From NCBI GenBank assembly GCA_964057225.1, contig OZ059899.1, positions 12,152,001 to 12,216,000 of the forward strand: DNA of 64,000 nt. Reading direction: 5' to 3'. Both the position numbers and the translations under genes were made by a program. The stretch is from Auanema rhodensis. Lineage: Eukaryota > Animalia > Nematoda. Within the stretch, counting starts at the first letter, position 1; each line of letters begins with the position of its first letter. This document shows positions 21,441 to 34,952 of the stretch, piece after piece. The notes beneath the pieces were generated by a model. That model was not told the DNA's origin. It did not search any database and saw nothing but the letters and a program-made list of their open reading frames with translations.

Positions 21441-22262
21441 AGTAATCTTTGAATTTTTAATTTCCTTCATTCCATTCAAAATATTTTTATAGTACCCAAG
21501 TTTATCGATATAGCCACGTGACCTCCTATCATCAATCTCCGAATGTCGGCGACTTTATTTCTTCAAATTCAATGCTATAAAAAGACATTTTCAACAGTTT
21601 CTATATCACTGTATCACTATATCGATTTAATTCCTTCGCTGTGCCTAAGGGCATTCAGACAGAAATATTCAGACACAATGACAACCCCTGTTATCAGCAT
21701 TGAGTCTAGTCTGGTTAAATTGAACTCAAATATAATATTTTAATCCGTCTGATCAAATAGAAAATTCTTGGTTTAAACGAGTTTCGGGTTAATTTTTAAA
21801 CTTTTTCTCTTGTTTTTCTGATAATTTTCGATGAGATTTTCATGTAAATCGCATAAATAATTCAAGTAATTATTTCTTTGTTTCTTTTATTTTCATGTCA
21901 AATTCTTTAATTGTTTTTGGAGTATAATTGTGAAGAAGATCATTAACTATATGCACATACATAAACTAATTAAAAAAAAAGTTTTGATATATTCTATTCT
22001 TCCCTCATATACATATGTATATGTATTTTATGTTATTTTATATAAAATATACATAAAATTGAATCAATACATATATACATATATAGAATATTATATAATA
22101 TTATATTATAATAATAAGTTTTTTGTATGACTAAAGTTGATTTTAAATTATATTAAGTTCATATATCGAAGTATTATTACTACAAAATGTATTGCCCAAT
22201 ACGTATCCCTTGAGGAAAAAAACTTTCTTTTCCTATATTTATACATATTTAGCTACATCCAT

Positions 22263-22265
<3 letters not shown>

Positions 22266-22303
<38 letters not shown>
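22266..22303. repeat. (TA)n microsatellite
   Basis: Uninterrupted atatat tract. Confidence 0.9.
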
Positions 22304-22306
<3 letters not shown>

Positions 22307-25300
22307 CTATATGTATATTCATTTAACTATATATATATGGAATATAATACAATTTTTTTTATTTATAAACATTGTCATATAATTCAATAAATTATATTAA
22401 AAGAAAAAAAACTTAAAAACAAAATAATAATAATGAAAATGGAAATGGAAATGAGATGGGGGCTGTCGTCTGATGATGCCTTAAGGCTTGATTAACATTC
22501 ACGTCGAAATTACGTGAACACGTCACATTTCATTTTCTTTGACTCCTCAATGAGAACCGGTCGTTTCCGTTGTGTTTCTAGTTAAATATATAACATTTAC
22601 CAAAAAAAAAAGAAAAAAATTTTTTTTAAAAGGTAAAACACTTGTTTCCATATTTAAGAACGTAAATTCTTGAACTTTTGGAACCGCGTGAAGAAATGTT
22701 GATGTTTGATTTTTGAAGATCGAAGATTGTAGCTGAAACTTGGAATGAAATTTGAATTTTAGTTGACAAAACTTCAGAATAAATGTTCAAAACGACAACT
22801 ATGATGCAATGGAGTGCTTGAATTTCGACTTATCTTCTTTTCACTTTTTTTTTTCAAAATATTATTGTATGAAAGCTATATTTATACAAGAAAATAAGGT
22901 GATTGACCAGACATATATCATAGATAGATCTGCAAAATGGATGATGATGATGACGATAATGATGAGACAAGAATTTATATAAAAGATTGATAATAAATGA
23001 AAAAAAAAGAAGAAGAAAAAGAGAAGAACACGGAGAAGAAGATAATGAAATGGAATGTTTGATACATGGCCCACCCAGATGCATGTGACAAACCGATTTC
23101 AAATCAGTAAGATCAAAGGCCATGTAGTCTCACTAACTTTTTATAAAACCAATCAGTATAGATTTGCAAAAAAAAAGAAGGAAAAGAGAATATAATAAAA
23201 TCAAATGGAAATATTAAAAAATTGAATTTGTTATGGGAAAAATGAAGCTTTGAAGACAATACTACGACTGTCTGTTGAGGAGTTGGTTTTCAGTTCTTGT
23301 TGGAGTTTTTCCTTTTTTTTTTGTTTTTTTTTCCAATGAAAGTGAGAGAGTTTCTGTTATACTAATAGGTTTATACATTTGATCTGTGACTATCACATGA
23401 GGTGAACCTATTATGTTAAGCTGTTCATGTCTCATTTAGTCTAAAGAATTAGGTTTGAAGTTGGTTGAACTTGGATTTGTCACATTTTTGATCTCAACTT
23501 TCAGAAAAAAAAGCAAAATTTAGATTTGAAGGAGTATGATGAAACATCAGGTAGATGAAGAGAAATATATACCTGGAAAGGTGACAAGAGATCAAGTACA
23601 GGACCGAGAAAGATAGAGAGAGGTAAAGAGATACAAAGAGAGATTGGGGGGGGGGGGGAAGGGGAAGGGGAAGTGGGAGAGGAAGAGATAATAAGAGAGA
23701 CGAGGAAAAGAAAGTATGAAGAAGATGGAAGACGATGAAAGAGACAAAGATTGTCTTGATTATGCCAGTGCTCTCCGTCGACCTTTCCTGTCTACATCAT
23801 GTGTTGTCAGGAGATTCTGATGCCGAGAGCGTTTAGTATGTCATAGGCCGTTCATATAATGCCTCTCATGACCATCGATTACTTCAAATCATATATCAAG
23901 CAAAATTACTTTCTGTTCTACGCCATCATCGTCATTATCACATAACCTGGTGATAGTTTTCTTCTATTTTGTCATATTGCAGCAGAATGACGATAAATGA
24001 AGAGAAATGAAGAGATAGATAGAGAGAGAGAGACAGAAAAGAGAGATGAAATTTTAGAGAGATAGACAGAGAGAGAGGGAAGTAGAAGAAAGAGAAAGAG
24101 AAAATGGAGGGAAAGAGAAATAGAGAGATGGAGGAAAGTATATAAGAGGAAGACAGTAATAGAATTTTGTGAAGGAGAGAGCTTAATCAAGATGAAAAAG
24201 AGAAATACAGAAGACGTACAAGGCACCGGAAGATGAAGGAGATTGGAGTGACATGAAACGATTGAGAGAAAAAGAGAGCAGAAAAGAGGAAACGAAAAGA
24301 GTGAAATATAAGAGAATATGTAAGAGAGAAAAAGAAAAAAAGTAAAATTGAAAGAGAATGAGACAGAGATGAAAGACAAAAAAGGAAAATGATGCTGACA
24401 CAAAGACCACGACGTGAAAGAGTCTCCTGGTCGTCGCCTTTCCTTCTGCTAATTTTTCTCCATTTCTTTCTTCACTTCTTCTCATTTAGCTCTTACTAAT
24501 CATCTCTTAGGGCCACAAGGTGGGTTCCTGCTTCATCAGGCGCCTCGTACTTCAGTCAGCGGATAATTCTCAGACTCTTCCGTAAGTGGCAGAGACTGTC
24601 CTTCTTCTGTAGTTGATCGGTCATCTGGTGCCACTGACCATTTGAGAAAACAACACAGGCCGATTCAACGCTAATCTTCTTCTGAATCGTCCTGTTCCGT
24701 GTTTCACCTAGTTACTGTATTCCCTGATATTCGAGCTGTTAGCAGAGCACCTGTTCATCGGAATTATTCAACATGGGTATGTTTGTCTTATTTGATTTTT
24801 GTATTTTCAATATTTTAAAACTGGAAGAAGTATCATTTCACATTAAAAAAATTTCCAACATTCCTACCTCAGTGAGCTTAGGAAGTTTCATAAAACTAGT
24901 TGCCAGACATTCCATTTACAAGGTCTTTTTCATATTTAACAGGACATTTAATTAAATTATTTAATTAAAAAGGAGACCATGTCATAAATGCTTATGTTCC
25001 CACACCTGATTTAAATTTTTAGTAAAGAAAAACGTATTGTAAAAATGAGAACAAGAGGAAGTTAGAGAGAATGAGAAAGAGGAAGGGGGTAAAGAGAAAG
25101 AGAGAGAGAGAGATTAATATAATGAGAATAGAGAGAAAAGAGGAATTATAATAGAAATTGAATTTAAAAAAGATAAAAAATATCTTTTAAAGAGTTTAAG
25201 CTGGCTATTGAGATAGGAATACATCATAAGGTTTCAACAAGTTCAAAAAAATGCTATCCTGCAAAATTTGCGCGAATGACTTCCCTTTTCATCCCTTTTC

Positions 25301-26061
25301 CCAATTTTGAAAATGTTGGACTTATAGACCATAGAACTAAGAACATTTATATGTTCTAAATATACAAATATATACTATATATATGTATATAGTTTAGTTA
25401 GAATATAACATATCATATGTTATCTTTTCTCTATTTTCAAATATATTTCCATACAGAGCACATTGAATAGACCAATAGTGATTGTGAATATTTCGCTTAT
25501 AGTAGTAGTAGTAGTAGTGGTAGTAATAGTAGTAAAAGAGGAAATGATAATAATAAACTTAACTATACCATATAAACTTTGAAAACAAATTTCTTACCTT
25601 TCTTCATATTTACTCAGTAAACTCATAATACCATCAAAATATTCTGGAATAGACGTTATAACAAGACGACACATCGTTCAAACATCGTGAGAATCAGTAA
25701 AGAACTATGAGATGACATTAAGTTACAACTTGATGAAGTAATCGACTTCTATGATGTGTTCTCATCACATTTTCCTTTTTCTTCTTCTTCCTATTTGACT
25801 AATATATATATTTTCTATTAAAAATTAGCATAATTTATCTTAACTATTTTATTTTTTTTTATTCAATCCACCAAAATTTATTTCATTTTCTGTATTGAAA
25901 GAGGCAGGTCATGAACTATAGACTCTATTAATCCGATCATGTAATACACTTACATTTGTATTTTATATTCAATAGCATTTACCACAATTTTCATCAAAAA
26001 ACTTCTTTCTAATCGCATCAGTTTATGTTCTTTTATTATTTTTACAAATGTTTCATGAGAA

Positions 26062-26099
<38 letters not shown>

Positions 26100-27307
26100 C
26101 ACCCTCTCTCTCTATCACACACACAATCTCTTTATAACGCTTTCTCTTATTCTCTTATTCTCTCTCTCTCTCTCTCTCTTTTTAGAAAAACAAAACATTC
26201 CATGTGATTTCTACTATACTGTGATTACCGCCTAGTCAAGTTTAAGCTTATTGATGAGAGGGATTATATTGTTTCAAACTTGACCGTAAAAAAAAGTTTT
26301 TTTTTCTTCAATAACTGTACATGCCTATGAAAAAGTGTTTTTATTCCAAATTTTCTTCAGCAACTGGCAATTTTGCTGCAAATTTTCTGTTGACCTCGTA
26401 GGAAAAAATTGAAAATGTTTGAAGAAAAGTACATATACAAAGGGTGTAGATGAGAATTTTATACTATAATCCTACTTTTTAATTCAAAAACTATATGATG
26501 ATGATGATGAAAACGTGTAGTGTTTAGAGTTTGTAGCATAACATACTTAATTTTCATTTTTGAAATAAATTCATGATGACAATAGTTTTATCAGGAAAAA
26601 ACCCTCAAATATTCTGCCAGTATGAAATTTTCTGCATATTCTGATGAATGATGATGTTGATGTTCTACCCAAATAATTTTTTTTTTTTTTCAAATATTTT
26701 TATTTCATCTAATATCAAAGTAAGTACTTCAGTATATCTATGATATCTAGATGGATCTACTAACAGGGTGGTTAGTGAGGGTGAAAGAGGGAGGGAGCAA
26801 GGGGGGGGGAATAATGGAATGTTAGGGCTATATAACTGATGTTGACAGATAGACATATCCTCCACCAACCTAAAATATTTCAATTTTTGTTTTTAAGTTT
26901 GAAGATAGTACATGGATTTTTACTTTTATAATCCAAGAGAATTTATATATTTTTTTTTGATCTGACTTCAACATCATCAGTTCCATTTTTCCTTTTCTCT
27001 CCCTCCCATTGCCCCCTTCCCTTCTATCTCTCTTTGTCTCTCTTAGTAGAGTAGTACTTTCCAGTTATATACAACCCCGAGGTATATATGTTTGTATGTT
27101 CTAATGTCTTATGTCCAGTTTTTGAAGAATTTCTTGTACGTATAACACAACAAATAAAAATAAAAAATTTATGTTATACATGATCATGATCAACATATAA
27201 ATTTATTATTTTTCCTCATTTTTCTTCTAACGAATTAGATTAAAGCTTATTCATCTTCTTATATTTATTTTAAAATTCTTTGAGAGTAGATAAGAAGAGG
27301 AATAGAG

Positions 27308-27338
<31 letters not shown>

Positions 27339-27561
27339 GACAGTGGAAAGGCTTGTTGTGTTTTTCCCACTAAACACCTGGCTATGATTCATAAACAGTT
27401 AAGGAAAGTGAGATTTCATTAGCTTGTTTCTGTATTCATGTAATCATCTCCATATCTGGTTATCATCATCATCTTCATTATCAACATCTGATTTTTCATA
27501 TCGTTATATCTCTTCATTAATCCTTCCGAAAGACCATATCCTCTGCCGTTAGTTCTCTCCA

Positions 27562-27562
<1 letters not shown>

Positions 27563-27623
<61 letters not shown>
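27563..27623. repeat. (CT)n/(GA)n microsatellite; similar tracts at ~26063-26096, 27303-27339, 29743-29785, 55145-55180
   Basis: Directly visible dinucleotide tracts. Confidence 0.9.
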
Positions 27624-27628
<5 letters not shown>

Positions 27629-30600
27629 TATCTTTCTGTCTCTTGTAATTTCAAAATTATCGCTTTCAATATATCCTCTGGCTGATAGCAAAAACGACAT
27701 GTATCAACCCTGTAGACATGACATGAAGATGTTGACCTTCAATGGCCGGTTTGTTTGATAAAATACTTCGTTTTGACCGAATATAGTTTGCAACTCTTTC
27801 TTTCGTCCCTCTTTCCCTCCTTTCTTTCACCTTTTCGTCGATTTGTCTTTTCTCTCATCGTTTCTACTTCTTTCATTCACTCTCATTCCTCTTCTCTTCT
27901 CTTCTTAATGTCTGCCATTTTCTCTCTATCTCTGTGTTTTTCCGTTCTCAGTCAATTCCTTATATCTCTTTCTTCAATTTTCCTTAGACTGTTCTACTTG
28001 TGCCATTCGTGTTTATCCAGCTTCTTCCCCTTCTTCATCATTCAACTCGTCTCACATACATGATATAGCTCTTCATTCTTAGAGAAGATCTTGTTAGATT
28101 CAAAACAATCTTCTTTCTTCCTTTTTTAACCAAGAACTTCATCCAAATTCTTTTTTTTCATCTCATTCATCACCTCTTTATCTCTTTGCTCTTCTGTCTT
28201 TCCAATTCTCTCGCAATCTCCCAGTGGATTTTTTTCAATTTTGCAGCAAAAAAGTCGCGTCAGCTATTTTTTCACCCACAATTCTGCTTAAATGTCCTTA
28301 ATAAAATAAAATATAAACTTCTCGGATTCTTCTTTCTCTTCCCCATTCCATCGTCTTTTTCTTCTTCTTCAATTTGTTTTTAAAATTTTTTCTCTTCAAG
28401 CTACATCAAGACCATGAAGCCGGAGTATGTCATTCTCTTCAAGAAGGAAGTAATAAAGTCTTCTTTGATTCTGCGAACTTTACTCTTCATATCATCTTCT
28501 TCAAATTATTCTTTGCTGACTTTTTCTCTTTACAACTCTCCAAATGAATGTTTTGCTTTCTTTCTCATCCAAATTCCATTATGATACTCATACTTCAATC
28601 CATAGCCCCCCCCCCCCGTTCGTCAATTCTTCACCTGAAAAGATGTGTCCCGAACTTCAAATTAAAGTTTTCGGAAAAATCTCCCAAAAATCCTGTTTCA
28701 AAGTATTAATGGTCCAACAATTTTTGTAAAGCTTACTTCAATCACACTTATGAATTAAAAAAACGAAAAGAATCTGGTGTAAATGTACACATGGGTGTCT
28801 TCAGGAATGCCTTTTCTTTCTATTTTTTCTTATTTTTAGAAACAATTACATTCAATTTCTCAGTTTAGAAACGAGAAGAAAGTTCAAAATCATTATTTGA
28901 TCATCATATGTTTGATGTTTTTCAACTTTATAACATTCATATTCCATTTTTTGATGAAAAAAAAAATAAAAAAAGCAAAGTAAATATAAATTGATCTGAA
29001 TACAATTCATATTTGAAATTAACAAATCATCATAATCATTAGTAGATGATTTGAAGAAACATAAGATACACATACATACAGACTACATCGTCAACATCGT
29101 CATGTCGTCGACATCTTTTATTTCTTCTTCTTCTTCATTTTTTCTAATTTTTCTAATTTTTCTCAAATATTTAAAGATATAATATACTTATTATATATTA
29201 ATATATAAGATTATATATATATATAATAATAATACAAAATTTTATTTTGTTTCATTCAATTGACATATCAGTTTGATTTTAATTCGGCAAAAAACATTTG
29301 TCCTTCACTGGAACTAAACATCTCTCCATTTTCTTATGAATGACATCAATTCTCATAGATGATTTAATTATATTTTGAAAGTTTGACTTTCCTTTTGTTT
29401 CATTTTTTGAAAAAAAAAATTTTCTGCTCTCATTCTCATCTATTTCAATCATTTTATCTTCTTCTTTTTCCATAAACGAGCATCTCGCATTTCTAAGTTT
29501 TCTTCAAAGCAATCATGTTCGATCCACTTGGTTCTGAACTTGAAAAAATGGAAAAAGCATCTTGACTCTTAATTTGATCAAATAAAACATTTCTGCTTAT
29601 GGTGCTTATGTACTCACACACTTGCTTGCCCTTACAACAAGTCTTCTCACACAATTTGAAGCAATTTTCAAATTGTACGTGAAATTTCACGTGAATAACT
29701 TATTTTTGTAAGTGCTTTCTGATTGAAACGATTGTTTATGTATCTCTCTCTTTCTCTCTCTCTTTCTCTTTCTCTCTCTCTCTCTATCTTTTCTTTATTT
29801 CTATTTTTACTCATTCATATTTCCCCCCTCTTTCCTTTTATCAGCAACATCATCTCCTATCATGTTGTCGGTACTATTTCAAGCTCCTCCCTTTCTTTCC
29901 TCAATTCAGCTCCCTCTCTCACCTCTCTATCGTCTGTAACAACTCTTTCCCCTCCTTCAATTTCCACTTCAAAAGAAAAAAAGCTGACCATAAGAGGATT
30001 TTTAGAAATCAAGAACAGTATGTCTGTATGTGTGTGTGTGTGTGTGTGTGGTGTATGCAACAACATGAACATATTGCCATTCTATCGTAATCATTTCTGT
30101 ATGTTGATAGATATGAATGTTACTGACCTTCACTGAATTCCTCTAAACGTCAACCATACAGATGCTACTACACAACAGTATTCTGAATCACCTCTCTTCC
30201 ATACCCACAACTGTCCATCTTCTTCCATCGTACTCCCTCCTCTCTCTTCCATCACCAAACATCGGTCTCTACAGCCTTGCAGCATTATTTTGTAGCTTTC
30301 TCATAAAATAAAAGAGTATAAGTTTAAGAAATCTTCCCATCAAATGCGTTCTCAATTTATTTTTTTCTATTTTTTTCGTCAATCAAATTAACAATCTTCA
30401 TTCAATTCATTTAGATCCGAATCGTCATCTTATACAGCGAATTGTCTCATTTCATTTTAATAGATCTATTAAAACCTTTTTCGTTATGTTGTAACTTGTA
30501 AACTCAGGTTTCAACTTCCTCATGATGTAGGGGGTGGAGAAGAGAGAAGACAACACTCTTTCCTTTGCAGCTTTGTTATGTTATGGTATGATTGGTAACT

Positions 30601-31897
30601 AAGTCAGTCACTGCTTACCTTGCCACAGCCAAATCAACTCATTTCCTCTTCAAATTCTTTTGATATTATCTGATTACAAGTATATTTATTTGTTTTTTTC
30701 TTCTATCTTCAGCTATTCAAAAGGTTTTTAGTCTGTTACTCTCGTCATTATTCTTTTTATGTTTATTCCAATACAAGCAGCAATTTGTATTTGCACTTCA
30801 AAGTTGAAAAAAAAATGAACAAAACTTCTTCTTTGCAGTTCTGTTTACTTTCTTATTATTCTATTTTTTATTTTTTTTTTCGTCAAAGACCATCTGAAAC
30901 GTCTATTCTTCTTGCTTAACCATCACTCATTCAATCTTTTCATCTACCTTTAACCTTATAAGCTACACACATACACAATTCTCATTACAACTTTCTATCT
31001 CTCTCTTTCTCTCTCCCTCTCTCTCTCTCTCTCTCATTTCTCTGTTATCTCTATCTATCTATCTTTTACTTTCTCTCTACCAATCTCCTTTTTTCATTTA
31101 TCTTCATCTTATTCTCTTTTGATAATCCGGATCAGCTTCACCTAGTTCAAGTTTAGTGAAACAAAACAAAGATTTTTATGTGTATTTATCGTGTCAGGAG
31201 CATTATTTGCAAGCGAATTTCTATAAAATGATCTAAGTGAATGAAGAAGCATTTAAGTCAAAATTTAGAGGAAAAAGCAATTAAATATGAAATTTGCAAG
31301 TGAAATCATCTTACAACTTCAACTTTTTTAATCGAAAAATAGTTTTTTGCGCAACAAAAAACTTTATTTTCTATCAAAATACTCATATAAATATCTTATA
31401 TACTTAATATAGTTAGTTAGATTAGAATCAGAAAATATTCTGGTCTAGGCTTGTTAGTTCAAAACAGTCTTCAATCTTGTTTTTAAGAGCTGAAAGTATA
31501 AAATGAGTATCTTTTCTTATCTTTTTTTTTAGAAAATTAAAAATATTTAAAAAGTCTGAATCATATAATTGAGTAAATTCATTAAATTTTAATTTTATAT
31601 ATAAATAACTATAATAATATCCAAAGACTTGTTTCATTTTTTGATTAAAAATGAAGATAAAAGTTTTTTTTTTGTCTATTTTGAGGATATTTTTGATTTC
31701 AACAACTGGTTTACTAGTTTCTTTCTTACATATGAATAATAAAAGTAGAAAATATTTCAATTTGTATGAACTTTCATCGTTTTAGAACCTTTTTTTAATT
31801 TTTAAAAATATAAATATTTGTTAGCTGATACAATATATTTGCAGTCGAATCGGCACAGGATCAGACAGAGCCATTTCTGGCCGAAAAACGACCAAAA

Positions 31898-34800
31898 ATG
31901 GGTGGGGGATTAATTGATAACTTTAAATCGTAAGTTTTAATTATTATAATGACAAATCTTCAATTTTGATGTAAAACATCTAAGCTTACTCTATCTCAAG
32001 CTCTTGCGGTAGCCTTAACATCTCTAGTTCATGCTGTAACTGCAGGGCTTGCAAGTAGATCAACAAAAATCAAATAAAAAACTTAAAACTTGAATATATT
32101 ATATCTTATAGCTACCCAACTACTGTATTTCTTATGCTTGGAAATGAGTTCTGTGAACGTTTCTCATTTTATGGTATGAAAGCTATTCTAACATTATATT
32201 TTATTATTGAACATCATTATTCTCCAAGGTAATTAATTATAATTATATAAGATATTATATTTTTTTCTCTTAAAGCACTGCTACATTGATTTATCATGGT
32301 TTTACTTGTCTGGCTTATACAGCACCGCTGCTTGGTTCTATTCTAGCTGATTCATATTTGGGCAGATTCAAAGTTATTCTATATGGATCAATGATATATG
32401 TTTTGGGACATCTTCTATTATCATTGGGAGCTATTCCAACATTCGAATATTGTTTGTTTTTGCTTTTTTTCTGAAAATAATTTCTTATTTTCTTCTTTTC
32501 AGCTACAAGAACATTCTTCGATTTTGCTGGATTGATTGTAATTGCTTTTGCTACTGGAGGTATCAAACCGTGTGTCTCAGCTTTTGCTGCTGATCAAGTA
32601 ATTCAATCCATTTGTATTCGAGAATTTCAATCGGTTTCTTTAGTTTTCTGAAGAACAAGAAGATCTCAGAGCTCAATTCTTCTCATTCTTCTACTTTGCT
32701 ATCAACGGAGGTTCCTTCTTTGCCATCATCTTAACACCAATTCTTCGTGGACGTGTATCATGTCTTGGATCAGAATACTGCTTCCCATTAGCTTTTGGTA
32801 ACATTTTCTAAGAAACTTGATCAAACACTTTCAAATCTTCTTAGGTGTACCTGGAGTATTGATGGTAATGGCATTGCTTCTCTTCCTTAGTGGATGGAAA
32901 AAATTTAAAAAATATCCTCCAAGTCGTGAGAACGTTCTCTTCGCCGTCATCTCCTGTATCTCAACTGCTACCTACCGTACCCTATTCAAGTTTGTCTTTT
33001 CACTTATTTCCTCAAAAAAAAAAATTTTTTTTTTGCCCAAAAAGAGGATAAGAAAGTTAATTTTCAGCAAATCGTCAAAACCTGTTGTCCATTGGTTAGA
33101 TCGTGCTGCTCCAAACTATTCACCTGAAATGATCAAGGTGAGGCTTATCAGGTCATATGCGTTTTGAAAGAAGAAAAATATGTTTTAGTCAGTCAAAGGA
33201 TTTGTGAATGTTGCTGTCATATTCTCTCCTTTAGTCGTTTTCTGGGCATTATTTGATCAACAGGTTAATACATAATATATTCTATATATAATAATAATAA
33301 TAATAATAATTTAGGGATCAACATGGGTATTACAAGCACGTCGAATGGATGGACGTATTGGATGGTTAACAGTACTTCCAGAACAAGTTAATACATTAAA
33401 TCCATTAATTGTATTAATAATGGTACCAATATTTGAAGGATTTGTCTATCCAACTGCCAAAAAAGTATTTTCAAATTTAAAATTTTTTTTCTAAAATTCA
33501 TGTTTAAAGTTCACAAAAGTCACACCTTTACGTAAAATGGCTATCGGTGGCTTACTGACTGCTGTAGCTTTCATTATGGCCGGCCTTTTACAGGTAAATT
33601 TATATTTTTCATATGAAATTATTTATTATAATTCTTAAAAAAATAGATGGAAGTTAATAATACAATGGAAGAACCACCAGCACCTGGAAATGTATATATA
33701 CATCGTGTTGGAAATGCTTCAAATTTGGGAACATTTACCTCAGAAGATGGACAATTATTGAATGGAGGTAATATTCCTTCTCAGAGATTATAAAGAGATC
33801 TTCAACTTTCAAAATTAATTTTGAAGGTGTTCTATCGACTGGAAGAAGTGAATTACCTAGTGGAATGTATTCATTGCATATTGGAGCAACTCAACATCAA
33901 TTGAATTTAAGTCAACCTGGAATGGGATATGTCGTGGGTCTGTTTGAAGGATTTGAAGGAAGGTAAGATTATAAGAAAGAGAAATCATCAGTACTATATC
34001 ATATAATTTAGACCAAGACTTGATTTATTCACATATTCAACTGAAAAAGCTGATAATGGAGCTTCACGTATCTATCTAGTTGTACCATCAATGGAAGCTG
34101 GAAATCTATATGTTGTGGATAGCAAGTAAGAAGATATTTTCAATGAAAATGAATGTAAAATTAAATTTTTAGGGGAAATACGGTAGCAAAAACAATGTTA
34201 AAATCTGGTGAAAAGGTTGATATAAGACCTCCAATAATAGGAAAACCAGATTATACATTATATTATGGAAATAACTGTTCTGGCATAGATTGTCCAAGAT
34301 CTCAACCATTTACGGTAATTACAAATAAATATTATTATTATAGAAATATTTAAATATTATAGATTCACATGGGATCAGTACATGTTTTGCATATTCATGA
34401 TAAAAGTGAAAATATGGATTTCCAACAATTGGTTTGAACTTTAAAACTTGAAACAACTTGAAAACGTGAAATGGCTTTTAGGTTCGTCCTAATACAGTCT
34501 CAATCTTATGGATGATACCACAATATGTTGTTATAACATTGGGAGAAATTCTATTATCAGTTACTGGTTTAGAATTTGCTTATTCACAATCATCACCTAA
34601 CATGAAGAGTGTGTTACAAGTATGTTATCAACTCAAGCTTTAAGCTCAAGTTACATTATAAAACTTTTAAAGGCTTTATGGCTCTTAACCGTATTCTTGG
34701 GAAATGTGATCGACATGGGAATCAGTGGAACTCACATCATTCCAGAGCCAGCAACAGAATTCTTTGTTTATGCCATCTTGATGGTCTTAGTTATGGGAGT

Positions 34801-34952
34801 TTTCATACTTCTAGGTGAGATTTCAATCAAGTTCTTGAAGCAACTTGACAAACCTTATTTCAGCTATGCGTTATAAGTATGTTGACGATGATAAAGAGGA
34901 TGATATAACAGAGACAAAAGAACGTTTACCAACTGAAAGTTCAACTTATTAA
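31898..34952 (+). CDS. pept-3: Proton-coupled oligopeptide transporter (SLC15/POT family), pept-3-like
   Basis: YPTTVFLMLGNEFCERFSFYGMKAIL (ExxERF motif), GSILADSYLGRFKVI, GGIKPCVSAFAADQF, FFSFFYFAINGGS, FWALFDQQGSTWVLQA, PQYVVITLGEILLSVTGLEFAYSQSSPNMKSVLQALWL. Stop TAA at 34950-34952. The N-terminus may extend upstream. Confidence 0.92.

Noticed and set aside
21493-21503. TACCCAAGTTT match to the SL1 leader
   Set aside because: Only 11 nt; no GGTTTAAT start, splice donor or Sm site, so it is not an SL RNA gene.
23972-30136. Hydrophobic F/L/S-rich or RE-repeat ORFs in the ORF track (also 41-49 kb and 55-56 kb)
   Set aside because: They are translations of (CT)n/(GA)n low-complexity DNA with no domain motifs or consistent splicing.
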